From NCBI GenBank assembly GCA_044344255.1, contig JBIJDH010000001.1:352001-416000 (forward strand): a stretch of DNA of 64,000 bases. The letters are read 5' to 3'. The stretch comes from Myxococcota bacterium (lineage in GTDB: Bacteria; Myxococcota_A; UBA796; UBA2385). The notes beneath the pieces are model-generated. The model was given only the letters and a program-made list of their open reading frames with translations. It was not told the DNA's origin and made no database searches. Positions 37,716 to 48,548 of the stretch are shown here, one piece after another (the stretch's first letter is position 1; every line of letters starts with the position of its first letter). Made by a program: the position numbers and the translations under genes.

Positions 37716-38591
37716 ATGATCTCAGGGTCGACACTTCGATGGTCGGGGCGGTGGTTGGGCCGTCTGGCCCCTCGCCTCGCGCATGCTCTCCTGGCCGTCC
37801 TCGTGATGTGGGGCTTGGCGGCGGTGCTCGCCCTCCCGGCGTCGGCGGCCGCCGAGGGGGCGCAAGCCTACCGGATGGGCCCCGGTGACGTCGTCAAGAT
37901 CTCGGTCTACGGAGAAGAGAGCCTGGGCGGCAGCTTCAAGGTGAAGGAGGGCGGCACGATCGACCTCCCCTTGATCGGCCGCATCGAGGTGCTCGGGCTC
38001 AGCCCCGATGAGCTCGACCTCGCGCTCACGAGTCGCCTCGGCCAGGACCTCCTCGTCAACCCGCAGGTCACCGTCGAGGTCGCGACCTACGCGAGCCGGC
38101 CGGTGCAGGTGCTGGGCGCGGTGCGCACGCCCGGCATCTACTACCTGAACGGCCCCACCACCCTGCTCGACATCCTCGCCCAGGCCGGCGGCGTGCTGAA
38201 CGAGAAGAGCAGCCAGGAGCTGCAGGTCAAGCGCGGCGCCTCCACCACCGCTGAGCCCTTCCGGATTGACCTCCCCGCCCTGCTCACCCAGGGCGAGGGC
38301 AACCTCTCCCTAGAGTCGGGCGACGTCGTGCTCGTCAAGGAGGGCGAGTTCATCTATGTGAGCGGCGATGTGTCGAAGCCGGGCCCCGTGGTGTGGCGCA
38401 ATGGCATCTCCCTCTCCCAGGCCATCGCGGCGGCGGGCGGCGCGAACCGGACGGCCAACCTCCGCAAGATCACGCTGCTCCGGAGCGGTCGGCCCACCCG
38501 CGTCAACCTGAAGTCGGTGCTCAAGGGCACGATCGCAGACCCCCCGCTCACGCCGGGAGATCAGGTCGTGGTCGGGGAGTCGGTGTTCTGA
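37716..38591 (+). CDS. wza: Polysaccharide export protein with SLBB domains
   Basis: YRMGPGDVVKISV, IDLPLIG, VLGAVRTPG, VSGDVSKPG; start uncertain. Confidence 0.88.
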   Translation: MISGSTLRWSGRWLGRLAPRLAHALLAVLVMWGLAAVLALPASAAAEGAQAYRMGPGDVVKISVYGEESLGGSFKVKEGGTIDLPLIGRIEVLGLSPDELDLALTSRLGQDLLVNPQVTVEVATYASRPVQVLGAVRTPGIYYLNGPTTLLDILAQAGGVLNEKSSQELQVKRGASTTAEPFRIDLPALLTQGEGNLSLESGDVVLVKEGEFIYVSGDVSKPGPVVWRNGISLSQAIAAAGGANRTANLRKITLLRSGRPTRVNLKSVLKGTIADPPLTPGDQVVVGESVF

Positions 38592-38665
38592 GCCCGGTGT
38601 TCTGACAATGGGGGATCAGCGGGCGACGGCCGGGTCTGGTAGGATCGCCGCGCCCCGGAGCCCCC

Positions 38666-40729
38666 ATGCGCACACCCCTCTTGCTCGCCCCCTTCCTCAG
38701 CTTCATCCTCGCTTGTGGCGATAAGGAGGAGGCCGGCAGCGGCGACGAAGGCGGCGGCGGCGGGACCGACAGCGGCCAGACCGGGGAGTGTGACAAGTCC
38801 GTCGACTTTGACTGCGACGGCGCCGCCGACGACGATGACTGCGCCCCGGACGACCCCTACACCTACCCGGGCGCCACCGAGATCCCCTACGACGAGAAGG
38901 ACAATGACTGCGCCGGCGACGGAGACCTCGTCGATGTAGACGGCGACGGCTTCATCGGCGAGAGCGCGGGCGGTGACGACTGCAACGACGGCAACCCCGA
39001 GATCCACCCCGGCAGCGCGGAGGTCTGCTACGACGGGATCGACCAGGACTGCGACGGGCTGCCGGTCGACAACGACTCCGAGACGAACGACTGCGACGGC
39101 GACGGCCACGAGGGCCGCGGCACCTCGGCGACGGACTGTGACGACGAGGACCCTGCCGTCAACCCCGACGCCGACGAGATCTGGTACGACGGGATCGATC
39201 AAGACTGCGACGTCTCCTCGGACTACGACCAGGACGGCGACGGGGAGGACAGCGACGACTATGGCGGCCTCGACTGCGACGACATCGACGCCGAGACGCT
39301 GTCGACCGCGCTCGAGCGCCTCGACGGCGTCGACCGCAACTGTGACGGCCTCATCGACGAGCTCACCACCTACGACGCGGTCTCCTCCTGGTTCGGCAAC
39401 GCCGCCTCGAGCGACGGCCTCTTCGGCTTCGCCTTCGCCCCCCTCGATGACTACGACGGCGACGGCCTGGTCGAGGTCGGCGTCGGCGGGCCCCTCTCGG
39501 GGAGCGACAGCTCCTGCGACTCGGACTCCACCGCCTGCGGCGGCTGGGTCAGCGTGATGAGCGTGGGCGTCGAGGACGGCATCCCCGCCGAGGTCGCCCT
39601 CTCGCACGTCGAGGGCCGCCGCGCGGTGCTCTCCACCGCCGGGGACTGGCTCGGCTTCGACCTCGCCAACCTCGGCGATCTCGACGGGGACGGCTGGTCC
39701 GAGCTGGCGGTCGGCGCCCCCACCGGCACCGACGACGCCCACCCGGGCGCGATCTACCTCTTCTCCGGCGCCGACCTCGCCGCCGGAGACGTCGCCCACA
39801 CCGACGCCCTCACCACCGTGACCGGCGAGGACTACCTCGGCCTCGACGTCGGCCGGATGGGGGATCTCGACGGGGACGGCCTCTCCGAGCTCGTCGGCGG
39901 CGCCACCGACCCCGTCTACGGCTCCGCCTCCGGCCTCCAGCAGTGGCTCGGCGTCTGGGACGGCGCGACGCTCGACGCCGGAGGCGAGCTCAGCGAGGCC
40001 GACGCCCTCGCCCGCCTCAGCGCCGGCGCGATCGGCGGCACCAGCCTCGGCGGGCAGGACTGGGACGGCGACGGCGCGCCCGACCTCATCGTCTCGGCCA
40101 ACACCGGCGGCAACGGCTACCTCCTCCTCGTCCCCTCCACCGACCTCAGCGGCGGGGCCGAGCTCTCCGCCGCGGACTACCCCCAGGTCGGCGGTGGGAC
40201 CGACGCCGAGCTCGGCGCCCGCCTCTCCGACCAGGGAGACCTCGACGGAGACGGCTACCCCGAGCTCGCCGTCGGGGCGCCCGGGGTGACCACCGACGAC
40301 GAGGGGGGCGGCGAGGTCTATGTCCTGCCCGCCTCCGCGCTCAGCGCCGAGGGCACCGCTGCCGACCTCGCCACCTTCACGGTCCGCGGCGTGCTGCCCT
40401 TCGGCCGCCTCACCGTGACGGGCGACCGTGGCGGAGACGTAGACGGGGACGGCCTCTCCGAGCTGCTCGTCTCCCACGTGGGCGGCTCCTCCTCCGCCGT
40501 CGTCCGCGGCACCAGCTACCTCTTCTTCGGGCCCACCGTCGCCGCGGGGGGCACCGTGGAGGCCGACAGCGGCGAGGCCAGCTTCCCGACCCGCACCGAC
40601 GACGATCAGTACGGCTTCGCCGGCCTCTTCTGGGACGTCGACGGTGACGGCGACGACGACCTCACCATCGGCGCCCCCTACTACCAGAACGTCGGCTCCG
40701 CCCTGGCCTTCCGCTCGGACTTCCCGTGA
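38666..40729 (+). CDS. Lipoprotein with MopE-like Cys/Asp repeats and FG-GAP repeats
   Basis: DC-D---I-PG--E--YDGIDQDCDG repeats; GDLDGDG..ELAVGAP repeats; lipobox ILAC. Confidence 0.88.
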   Translation: MRTPLLLAPFLSFILACGDKEEAGSGDEGGGGGTDSGQTGECDKSVDFDCDGAADDDDCAPDDPYTYPGATEIPYDEKDNDCAGDGDLVDVDGDGFIGESAGGDDCNDGNPEIHPGSAEVCYDGIDQDCDGLPVDNDSETNDCDGDGHEGRGTSATDCDDEDPAVNPDADEIWYDGIDQDCDVSSDYDQDGDGEDSDDYGGLDCDDIDAETLSTALERLDGVDRNCDGLIDELTTYDAVSSWFGNAASSDGLFGFAFAPLDDYDGDGLVEVGVGGPLSGSDSSCDSDSTACGGWVSVMSVGVEDGIPAEVALSHVEGRRAVLSTAGDWLGFDLANLGDLDGDGWSELAVGAPTGTDDAHPGAIYLFSGADLAAGDVAHTDALTTVTGEDYLGLDVGRMGDLDGDGLSELVGGATDPVYGSASGLQQWLGVWDGATLDAGGELSEADALARLSAGAIGGTSLGGQDWDGDGAPDLIVSANTGGNGYLLLVPSTDLSGGAELSAADYPQVGGGTDAELGARLSDQGDLDGDGYPELAVGAPGVTTDDEGGGEVYVLPASALSAEGTAADLATFTVRGVLPFGRLTVTGDRGGDVDGDGLSELLVSHVGGSSSAVVRGTSYLFFGPTVAAGGTVEADSGEASFPTRTDDDQYGFAGLFWDVDGDGDDDLTIGAPYYQNVGSALAFRSDFP

Positions 40730-42036
40730 TCGCCCTGCTCGGGCTGCTGACGGCCACCGCCTGGGCCAACGGTCAGACCGTCCACGTCTGGATCACCCGC
40801 GCCGCCCTCGCCGATCTGCCCCCGGGCGAGATGGCCGATCTGCTGCGCCGCGCCGACCTCGAGCCGATGATCGTCCACGGGACGATGTTCCCCGACGGCG
40901 GCTACCCGCTCGGCCACCCCTACGCCGAGACCGCACACTGGGAGCCCTTCCAGATGCGCTACCTCGAGTGGATCCAGGCCCACTACGAGCCGCCCTGGAC
41001 CGACGAGGCCGCGCAGCACATCGCCTTCCTCTTCGGCATGGCCAGCCACGGCATGGCCGATCAGTCCCATGACGCCTGGCTCTTCGACTGGTCGCAGACC
41101 TACGACGCCGAGGCCGGCTGGGCCGACGGTTACGGCCTCGACGAGGCCAACGACTTTGTCTGGGCCGGCAACATCGAGCCCTCGACCTTCCCCGCGCGAT
41201 GGATCCCCGACACCGTCTTCGTCGAGCTCTTCGCCGACCTCGGGGTGGAGGTGGACGTCGAGACCCTCAACCAGGGCCAGGGCCTGCTCGAGCTGGCGAT
41301 CGAGCTCGTGGCGCTCGGCTCCCAGAACCCGGACACCGTGGACAAGTACGCGGCCCGCTTCCCCTGGGGCTGCAGTCACATCCTCGACGTCGAGACGCCG
41401 GGCAACCCCGAGTTCGAGGCGGACACCCTCGAGCTCTACTGGGGCGACCTCTGGGCCCGGCTCCACGACACCGACGGGCCGGTGGGCCTCCTGCGCACCT
41501 GGCCCGATGAGGGCGGCCACAAGGCCGTCCGCGACCACACGGCCCTCGAGGCGAGGGTCTCCCTCGTCTTCAGCCGGGGCCTGATCGACGCGGAGGTCTA
41601 CCCCGAGCGCTTCACCGTGACGGACCGCGCAGGGCACGCCTACGCCTTCGACACTCGGCTGTTCTACGGGGACAATTCCCACATCGTCCACCTCATCCCC
41701 ACCGAGGACTGGGCGGCCGACGAGGACTTCACGGTGACCGCGAAGGCGGGGCTGCCCGCTCGGGACGACACCGAGCTCGCCCGGGACGTGCTCTTTCACT
41801 TCACCACCCGCGAGCCGCCGCCCGCCGCCGACGGCGACACCGGGGCTACGTCGGGGGCCGGGGACTCCCCCGAGGCGCCCCCCGAGGCCGACAAGGGCGG
41901 CTGCGGCTGCTCCAGCGCCCAGGCGGGGCCGCACGGTTGGACGTTCTCGCCGGCGCTCGCCCTCGGCCTCCTCGGGGCCGCGGCCCGCCGTCGCGGTGCC
42001 CCCCGGTCGCGCCGGTTCAGCCCTCCTCGGGGTTGA
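40726..42036 (+). CDS. Zn-dependent phospholipase C-like protein with Ig-like domain and MYXO-CTERM-like tail
   Basis: H-W..GTMFPDGGY..AHW..GMASHGMAD..H; GGCGC-hydrophobic-RRR tail. Confidence 0.75.
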   Translation: MIALLGLLTATAWANGQTVHVWITRAALADLPPGEMADLLRRADLEPMIVHGTMFPDGGYPLGHPYAETAHWEPFQMRYLEWIQAHYEPPWTDEAAQHIAFLFGMASHGMADQSHDAWLFDWSQTYDAEAGWADGYGLDEANDFVWAGNIEPSTFPARWIPDTVFVELFADLGVEVDVETLNQGQGLLELAIELVALGSQNPDTVDKYAARFPWGCSHILDVETPGNPEFEADTLELYWGDLWARLHDTDGPVGLLRTWPDEGGHKAVRDHTALEARVSLVFSRGLIDAEVYPERFTVTDRAGHAYAFDTRLFYGDNSHIVHLIPTEDWAADEDFTVTAKAGLPARDDTELARDVLFHFTTREPPPAADGDTGATSGAGDSPEAPPEADKGGCGCSSAQAGPHGWTFSPALALGLLGAAARRRGAPRSRRFSPPRG

Positions 42037-43456
42037 AGGCGTCGGCGTCGCGGGCGTGCTGCTCGCCGAGGAGCCGGTCTCCGAGCTCATCCTCGAGGGC
42101 CGAGGCGTGGAGCAGCGTGCGACGGAGGCCGACCGGGTCTTGCACCCGCACCTGCCAGGCCACCGCGATGCGGTACCAGCGGGCGGCCTCTCCGATCTGC
42201 CCGCTGGCGGCGCCGATATCACCGAGGAGCCGCGCCGAGGCGCCCATCGCGCCGAGCTCTCCGATCGGGCGGTAGCCCTGCATGGCCTGGGTGGCCTCGG
42301 CGACCGCGAGGGGGTGCTGGCCCTGGCGGAGGTGCAGCTCGGCGCGGCGGTGGTGAATGCTCGCCCGGAGCACCGCGCTACCGGCGCCGCCGTCCTGCTC
42401 GACGGCCACCGCGGCCTCCCGCAGGCGCTCGGCGGCCTGGCCGAGCTCGCCGCGGGAGAGGGCGAGGGCGGCCTGGCCGAGGCGGAGCTGGGCCTGCTCG
42501 GTGCCGGACAGCGCGTAGCCCTCCGCCTGATCGTAGAGGGTCTCCGCGCTCAGGCTCTCCCCCGCCGCCACCGCCCGATCGGCGGCGGCCCGGAGGGTCG
42601 CGGCCACCCCGGTGGGCTCGAGCCCCTCGCGAAAGAGCGCGCGGGCCTCCCGATCGGCGCCGTGGGCGGCCCGGGCGCGCCCGGCCAGCGCGAGGCGGTG
42701 CGCGCGCCGGTGGTGGAGGCGGGCGAGCAGGGCGAGGGAGCCCGCCTCCCGGAGCCGGTCGGCGGCGAAGCCATAGTGCAGCTCCCCCGAGTCGACCTCT
42801 CCGTGCAGCAGCAGGGCGTCGGCCTCCGCCCAGGAGAGCAGCCCCTGGGCCTCGGCGCTGGCCCCCGGGTTGCGCCGACGGGCGGCCTCGAGGAGGGCGC
42901 GGCTGACGTCGAGCTGCCCCCAGGCCGCGAAGAGGCGGGCGGCGGCGGCGCTGGCCTCGCAGGCGCGGTCGGGATCGGTCACGAGCTCACCGAGGGCCCG
43001 TAGATCGACCGCGCTCTCCCAGCGCAGGCCGGCCGGGATCGCGGCGCCGCGCGCGAGGTGGAGCAGCGCCCAGGGGGGATCGACGTCCGGGCCCGGGCTC
43101 GGCTCGCCGGGGACCGCGACGGGGCCGAGCACGAACACGCCCTCCTCCTCGAGGGGGTTCACCGGCCCCTGCCCCACCCAGCGCAGCGAGGGGGCGAGGC
43201 TGCGGAGCTGGAGCCAGAGCTCACGGAGCCCGAGGCAGGCCCCACCCTCCAGGACCACGACCACCGGCCCCATCGCCCGCAGCGCCGCGCCGACCGCCTG
43301 CTCGTCCCCCGCGGGGGTGGCGTCGGTGGCCTGGCCGAGGGCGAGGGTGAGGTCACGGCTGGTGCGACAGGCCCGCACCGGGAGCAGCAGCACGCGGGCG
43401 CCGGTGGCCTCCTCGACCCGCGCCCGCAGCCCCGCGCCGCCGCTCGCCGAGAGCAC
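42017..43456 (-). CDS. TPR-rich hypothetical protein with degenerate NTPase-like N-terminus
   Basis: Ala/Leu helical repeats; SASGGAG and VVVVLEG segments; start uncertain. Confidence 0.6.
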   Translation of the reverse strand: MLSASGGAGLRARVEEATGARVLLLPVRACRTSRDLTLALGQATDATPAGDEQAVGAALRAMGPVVVVLEGGACLGLRELWLQLRSLAPSLRWVGQGPVNPLEEEGVFVLGPVAVPGEPSPGPDVDPPWALLHLARGAAIPAGLRWESAVDLRALGELVTDPDRACEASAAAARLFAAWGQLDVSRALLEAARRRNPGASAEAQGLLSWAEADALLLHGEVDSGELHYGFAADRLREAGSLALLARLHHRRAHRLALAGRARAAHGADREARALFREGLEPTGVAATLRAAADRAVAAGESLSAETLYDQAEGYALSGTEQAQLRLGQAALALSRGELGQAAERLREAAVAVEQDGGAGSAVLRASIHHRRAELHLRQGQHPLAVAEATQAMQGYRPIGELGAMGASARLLGDIGAASGQIGEAARWYRIAVAWQVRVQDPVGLRRTLLHASALEDELGDRLLGEQHARDADAFNPEEG

Positions 43457-43591
43457 CCAGGCGCTCTGCCCCTCCTCGGCGAGGGCCCCGCGCAGGGCCT
43501 CGGTGTCGGCGGGGGCCCACGGCGGCGCGCGCGGCGCCGGGGGGGCCGGCGACCGCGGGGACAGGGGGCTCGCGGGGTCCTCTCGCGTGGC

Positions 43592-44329
43592 TCAGCCCAC
43601 CCGGACCCAGGCCGCCACCGTGAGCTCTCCGAACCAGGCCTGACCGAGCGTGTCGCGCTCTGCCTGCAGCCGCGCGGCGAGGGTGTCGATCTCGATCTCC
43701 TCCGCAGAGAAACCGGCCCCGATCAGCCGCGGCAGCACGAAGCGGACGCGGTCGACCAGGCAGTCGGGCTGGCCCGGCGAGGCGACGTCGGCCTCGGCGC
43801 GCATCACCGGCATCGGGAGCCCCGCGTCGCCGAAGACCCGGGGGAGCTCCCGCCCGAGCTGCGAGGAGGCGCGCTCCGCGGCCAGCATCCCGACCATCCA
43901 CGCCCGCACCCGGTCGTGGAGCGGCAGGCCCGTGGGCGTGTCGAAGAGGATGAATTCCTGGATGAAGACCAGCCCACCGGGCCGGACGAGCGCCGCGAGG
44001 CGCCGGAGGGCGGCGGCGGGATCGGGCAGGTACATCAGCACCCGCCGCCCGAGGATGGCGTCGAAGGTGCCGAGGCCCGCGGGCAGCGGCAGGGAGAGGT
44101 CAACGGTGAGGAAGGTCGCGTCGCGCCCGGCGTGCTGCGCGCGGGCCTGGGCGAGGTAGCCCTCATCGCGGTCGAGGCCGACGAGGCTGCCGCTCGGGCC
44201 CGTCTGGGCGAAGGCGAGGCGCGCGAGGTTGCCCGGCCCGCAGCCGAAGTCGAGCACCCGCGCCCCGACGCCGAGCCCGGCCTCCCCGAGCCAGCGCAGC
44301 GTGAGGGCCTGACCTTCTTCGTATGTCAC
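43592..44329 (-). CDS. Class I SAM-dependent methyltransferase
   Basis: VLDFGCGPG, FDAILGRRVLMYLPDP, VRPGG; start uncertain. Confidence 0.85.
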   Translation of the reverse strand: MTYEEGQALTLRWLGEAGLGVGARVLDFGCGPGNLARLAFAQTGPSGSLVGLDRDEGYLAQARAQHAGRDATFLTVDLSLPLPAGLGTFDAILGRRVLMYLPDPAAALRRLAALVRPGGLVFIQEFILFDTPTGLPLHDRVRAWMVGMLAAERASSQLGRELPRVFGDAGLPMPVMRAEADVASPGQPDCLVDRVRFVLPRLIGAGFSAEEIEIDTLAARLQAERDTLGQAWFGELTVAAWVRVG

Positions 44330-44469
44330 CGGCTGACCTCGCAGATCCAGCGGACTAACCCGCGCCGCCCCACCCCGAGACGCGCCAACGCCTGACACCG
44401 GCCAGCCCATCGCGGATCGCGGCGGGCGCGGGCGTCGGTTAAGGGCCCGCCCCCGCTCGGAGGCAGCCC

Positions 44470-45345
44470 ATGTCGTCGGTCCACAGCGCAGCTTCAATCC
44501 AGACCATCGGCGTCATCGGCGCCGGCCAGATGGGCAACGGCATCGCCCACGTGGCCGCCCAGGCCGGCTACACCGTCCACCTGATGGACGTCTCCGAGGC
44601 CGCCGCCGCCAAGGGCAAGGCCACGATCGCCGGTAACCTCGGCCGCCAGGTGAAGAAGGGCACGCTCAGTCAGGAGGAGGCCGACGCCGTCCTCGCCCGC
44701 GTCCACCTCGGCACCACCCTCGAGCACGTCGCAGGGGCCGAGCTCATCATCGAGGCCGCCACCGAGAACGTGAACCTCAAGTACAAGATCTTCGAAGACT
44801 TGAGCCGCGTCGCCAACCCGGGCGCCATCTTCGCGACCAACACCTCGAGCATCTCGATCACGGCGATCGCCGCCCACACCGACCGCCCCGCCCGCTTCAT
44901 GGGCATGCACTTCATGAACCCCGTGCCGGTCATGAAGCTGGTCGAGCTCATCCGCGGCCTCGCCACCGACGACGACACCTACGCCCTCGTGCAGGCCGTC
45001 TCCGAGAAGATGGGCAAGACCACGGTGCTCGGGCGCGACATGCCGGGCTTCATCGTCAACCGCGTGCTGATGCCCTACATCAACGAGGCCGTGCAGGCGC
45101 TCTACGAGGGCATCGCCTCGGTGCCCGACATCGACCAGGCCATGAAGCTCGGCACCAACGTGCCGATGGGCCCGCTCACCCTCGCTGACTTCATCGGCCT
45201 CGACACCTGCCTCGCCATCATGAACGTGCTCCACGAGGGCCTCGGCGACTCCAAGTATCGGCCCTCCCCCCTGCTCCGGAAGTACGTCGAAGCCGGCTGG
45301 CTCGGCAAGAAGTCGGGCCGCGGCTTCTACACCTACGGCGCCTGA
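44470..45345 (+). CDS. hbd: 3-hydroxybutyryl-CoA dehydrogenase
   Basis: GAGQMGNG, TNTSSISI, GMHFMNPVP, PGFIVNR, GKKSGRGFY. Confidence 0.93.
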   Translation: MSSVHSAASIQTIGVIGAGQMGNGIAHVAAQAGYTVHLMDVSEAAAAKGKATIAGNLGRQVKKGTLSQEEADAVLARVHLGTTLEHVAGAELIIEAATENVNLKYKIFEDLSRVANPGAIFATNTSSISITAIAAHTDRPARFMGMHFMNPVPVMKLVELIRGLATDDDTYALVQAVSEKMGKTTVLGRDMPGFIVNRVLMPYINEAVQALYEGIASVPDIDQAMKLGTNVPMGPLTLADFIGLDTCLAIMNVLHEGLGDSKYRPSPLLRKYVEAGWLGKKSGRGFYTYGA

Positions 45346-45382
45346 TCACCCGGTCGGGGAGCGCGGCTCCCGGGGAATTCCC

Positions 45383-46162
45383 ATGTCCGAGAGCACCATC
45401 CTCTTCGAGAACCGTGACGGCGTCGGCCTCATCACGCTCAACCGCCCGAGCGCGCTGAACGCGCTGAACAGCACGCTGGTGGCCGAGCTCGACGCCCTCC
45501 TGGACCGCCTCGGCCGCGACGGCGGGATCCAGGCGCTCGTGCTCACCGGCGCCGGTAACCGCGCCTTCGCGGCCGGCGCCGACATCTCCGAGATGAGCGG
45601 CTACTCGGCGATCCAGGCCGAGACCTTCGCCCGGCGCGGCCAGCGGAGCCTCGGGCGGCTCGAGGCCCTCCCCTTCCCCACGATCGCCGCCGTCAACGGC
45701 TTCGCGCTCGGGGGCGGCTGCGAGCTCGCCCTCTGCTGTGACCTCATCCTCGCCGGCGCCAACGCGGTCTTCGGGCAGCCCGAGGTCAACCTCGGCGTCA
45801 TCCCCGGCTTCGGGGGCACCCAGCGCCTCCTCCGCCGGGTCGGTCGCCAGCGGGCCCTCGAGCTCATGATGACCGGCCGCAACGTCAAGGCCGAAGAGGC
45901 CGTCCGCCTCGGCCTCGCCCTCGAGGTGATCGAGGAGGACGTTGTCAGCGCCGCCCTCAAGCTCGCCGCCCGCATCGCCGCCAAGGGCCCCACGGCCGTG
46001 CGCCTCGTCAAGCGGGCCGTCCACGAGACCGACCGCCTCGACCTCGAGAGCGGGCTCGCCGCCGAGGCCTCCCTCTTCGGGCTCTGCTTCACCACCGACG
46101 ATCAGAAGGAGGGCATGACCGCCTTCCTGGCCAAGCGCGCCCCGAAATTCACCGGCCGCTGA
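45383..46162 (+). CDS. crt: Enoyl-CoA hydratase (crotonase)
   Basis: [28 protein letters not shown]. Confidence 0.92.
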   Translation: MSESTILFENRDGVGLITLNRPSALNALNSTLVAELDALLDRLGRDGGIQALVLTGAGNRAFAAGADISEMSGYSAIQAETFARRGQRSLGRLEALPFPTIAAVNGFALGGGCELALCCDLILAGANAVFGQPEVNLGVIPGFGGTQRLLRRVGRQRALELMMTGRNVKAEEAVRLGLALEVIEEDVVSAALKLAARIAAKGPTAVRLVKRAVHETDRLDLESGLAAEASLFGLCFTTDDQKEGMTAFLAKRAPKFTGR

Positions 46163-46251
46163 GCCGCCCGCGCCCTCGCCTGCCCCCGAACCTGCACCCG
46201 AACCTGCACCCCCGTCCTGTGTCCTCCGCCCTGCGCGCCATGGAGCCCGCC

Positions 46252-47391
46252 ATGTTCGAACTCCCCGAAGATGTCCAGGAGATCCGCAAGCTCGCCCGCG
46301 AATTCGCCCGCGGAGAGGTGCTCCCCGGCGCGACCGAGCGCGACCGCAGCCACCGCTTCCCGGCGGAGCTCGTCCAACAGCTCGGCGACATGGGCTTCAT
46401 GGGCATGTTCGTGCCCGAGCAGTACGGCGGGGCCGGCCTCTCGATCCTGTCCTACGTCGTGGCCCTGGAGGAGATCTGCTACGCCGACGCCGGCGTGGGC
46501 GTGATCATGAGCGTGAACAACTCGCTCGTGAGCTGGCCGATCTTGAATTTCGGCACCGAAGCCCAAAAGCAGAAGTACCTGATACCCCTGGCGAGCGGCC
46601 AGAAGCTCGGCTGTTACGCCCTCACCGAGCCGAACGCCGGATCGGACGCTGGCGCGCAGCGCACCAAGGCCGTCAAGAACGAAGACGGCAGCTACGCGCT
46701 CACCGGCACGAAGATGTGGATCACCAACGGTCCCCAGGCCGACTACGCGGTGGCCTACGCGAACCTCGACCCCGACCAGCGCCACCGCACGGTCTGCGCC
46801 TTCATCCTCGAGAACACCTGGCCCGGCTACGCGGTCGGCAAGGTGGAGGAGAAGATGGGCATCCACTGCTCGGGCACCTCCGAGCTCGTCTTCGACAACC
46901 TGAACGTGCCGGCCGAGAACCTGCTCCACACCGAGCGGGATGGCTTCAAGGTGGCGATGGCCACCCTCGACGGCGGGCGCATCGGCATCGCCGCCCAGGC
47001 CCTCGGCATCGCCCAGCGCGCCCTCGACCTCGCCGTCAACCACGCCCGCACCCGCGTGGCCTTCGGCAAGCCGATCAGCGACAAGCAGGCGATCCAGTGG
47101 ATGATCGCCGACATGACCACCCGGATCGAGGCCGCCCGCCTGCTCACCTGGAAGGCGGCCTGGCTGAAGGACCAAGGCGATCGCGGCAGCCGGGCCTGCT
47201 CGATGGCCAAGCTCTACGCCTCGGAGACCGCCAACTTCTGCGCCGACAAGGCCCTGCAGATCCACGGCGGCTACGGCTACAGCCAGGAGTACGAGGTGGA
47301 GCGGCTCTACCGCGACGCGCGCATCACCACGCTCTACGAGGGCACCAGCGAGATCCAGCGCATTGTGATCTCCAAAGACGTGCTCGGGTGA
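46252..47391 (+). CDS. Acyl-CoA (butyryl-CoA-type) dehydrogenase
   Basis: [42 protein letters not shown]. Confidence 0.93.
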   Translation: MFELPEDVQEIRKLAREFARGEVLPGATERDRSHRFPAELVQQLGDMGFMGMFVPEQYGGAGLSILSYVVALEEICYADAGVGVIMSVNNSLVSWPILNFGTEAQKQKYLIPLASGQKLGCYALTEPNAGSDAGAQRTKAVKNEDGSYALTGTKMWITNGPQADYAVAYANLDPDQRHRTVCAFILENTWPGYAVGKVEEKMGIHCSGTSELVFDNLNVPAENLLHTERDGFKVAMATLDGGRIGIAAQALGIAQRALDLAVNHARTRVAFGKPISDKQAIQWMIADMTTRIEAARLLTWKAAWLKDQGDRGSRACSMAKLYASETANFCADKALQIHGGYGYSQEYEVERLYRDARITTLYEGTSEIQRIVISKDVLG

Positions 47392-47789
47392 GCGCGCCCC
47401 CCATCCGGGTGCTCGTGGCCAAGCCGGGCCTCGACGGCCACGATCGGGGGGCCAAGGTGGTAGCGCGCGGCCTCCGCGACGCGGGCATGGAGGTGGTCTA
47501 CACCGGCCTCCACCAGTCCCCCGACGAGATCGCCGAGGCCGCCCTCCAGGAGGACGTCGCCGTGGTCGGCCTCTCCATCCTCTCGGGGGCGCACAACGCG
47601 CTCGTGCCGCGGATCGTCACCGCGCTCCGCACCCGGGGCCTCGATGACGTGCTCGTGCTGGTGGGGGGCATCATCCCCGCCGCCGACGCCGCCGACCTGC
47701 GGGAGGCCGGCGTCGCCGCCGTCTTCCCGCCGGGGAGCAAGATCAGCGAGATGGTGGAATTCATCCGAGAGAGAGCCCCCTCTCGATGA
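47388..47789 (+). CDS. Cobalamin-binding small subunit of an acyl-CoA mutase
   Basis: [36 protein letters not shown] overlap. Confidence 0.92.
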   Translation: MSAPPIRVLVAKPGLDGHDRGAKVVARGLRDAGMEVVYTGLHQSPDEIAEAALQEDVAVVGLSILSGAHNALVPRIVTALRTRGLDDVLVLVGGIIPAADAADLREAGVAAVFPPGSKISEMVEFIRERAPSR

Positions 47790-47870
47790 TCACCCGTCTC
47801 GGGCTCGCGGGGCCCTGTTGATAAAGTGGCCCCGCGATCCTACGCTGTCCCTTCGCCGCCGGAAGCCTTG

Positions 47871-48548
47871 ATGGACGAGGTCGGGAAGCAGGATCAGGGT
47901 TCACCGTCACCCGAGGGATCAACGCCCTCGGGTCCTCGGCGTTCAAAGCGCAAGAAACCAGAGCCCGCCTTCATCTCGGGCACGAGCGCCGAGTTCCTGG
48001 GCCGCAAGCCGCTGCCGCGCGCGGTGCGCAGCCGGCCCGTCCTGCTCATCCTCGGGCCCGGGGGCGTCGGCAAGACGACCGTGGCCGAGCGCCTCCTCGG
48101 CGAGGGCACCCTCAGCCTGAGCGACAAGGAGCTGCTCGAGCGCATCGCGAACCGCGTGCGCACCCGCCGGTGGGATCCCGAGCTGCTCGAGAGCGCCGCC
48201 CTCATCCTAGAGGGCCCCTGCTTCCTCGACCAGCGCCCCGGCCTCGCGCAGACGTTGGCCACCCTGCTCAAGGCCCGCATCGAGGCCGGGCGCCGCACCG
48301 TGCTGATCGAGGCCCCAGACGGGAGCCTCCTCCGCGGCCTCACCGACAAGGTCGACCCCGACGACCGCGCCACGATCCTGCTCCGCTTCCCCGAGGGTCG
48401 CGGGCGCCGCCGCTTCGCCCTGCTGGTCTGCGAAGAGCTCTCTCTCCCCGCCGAGCTCGCCCGGGCCGTCGTCGAGATCGAACCCTGGACCTACGCCACC
48501 GCCCGCGCCCTCCTGCTCGAGAGCGTCGGGGGGGCCAGGCGACCATGA
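47871..48548 (+). CDS. Small P-loop protein of unknown function
   Basis: LILGPGGVGKTT Walker A; ALILEG Walker B-like strand. Confidence 0.65.
   Translation: MDEVGKQDQGSPSPEGSTPSGPRRSKRKKPEPAFISGTSAEFLGRKPLPRAVRSRPVLLILGPGGVGKTTVAERLLGEGTLSLSDKELLERIANRVRTRRWDPELLESAALILEGPCFLDQRPGLAQTLATLLKARIEAGRRTVLIEAPDGSLLRGLTDKVDPDDRATILLRFPEGRGRRRFALLVCEELSLPAELARAVVEIEPWTYATARALLLESVGGARRP

Noticed and set aside
43592..43594. Selenocysteine codon
   Set aside because: Falls at the natural methyltransferase end, not at a redox Cys position; no convincing SECIS.
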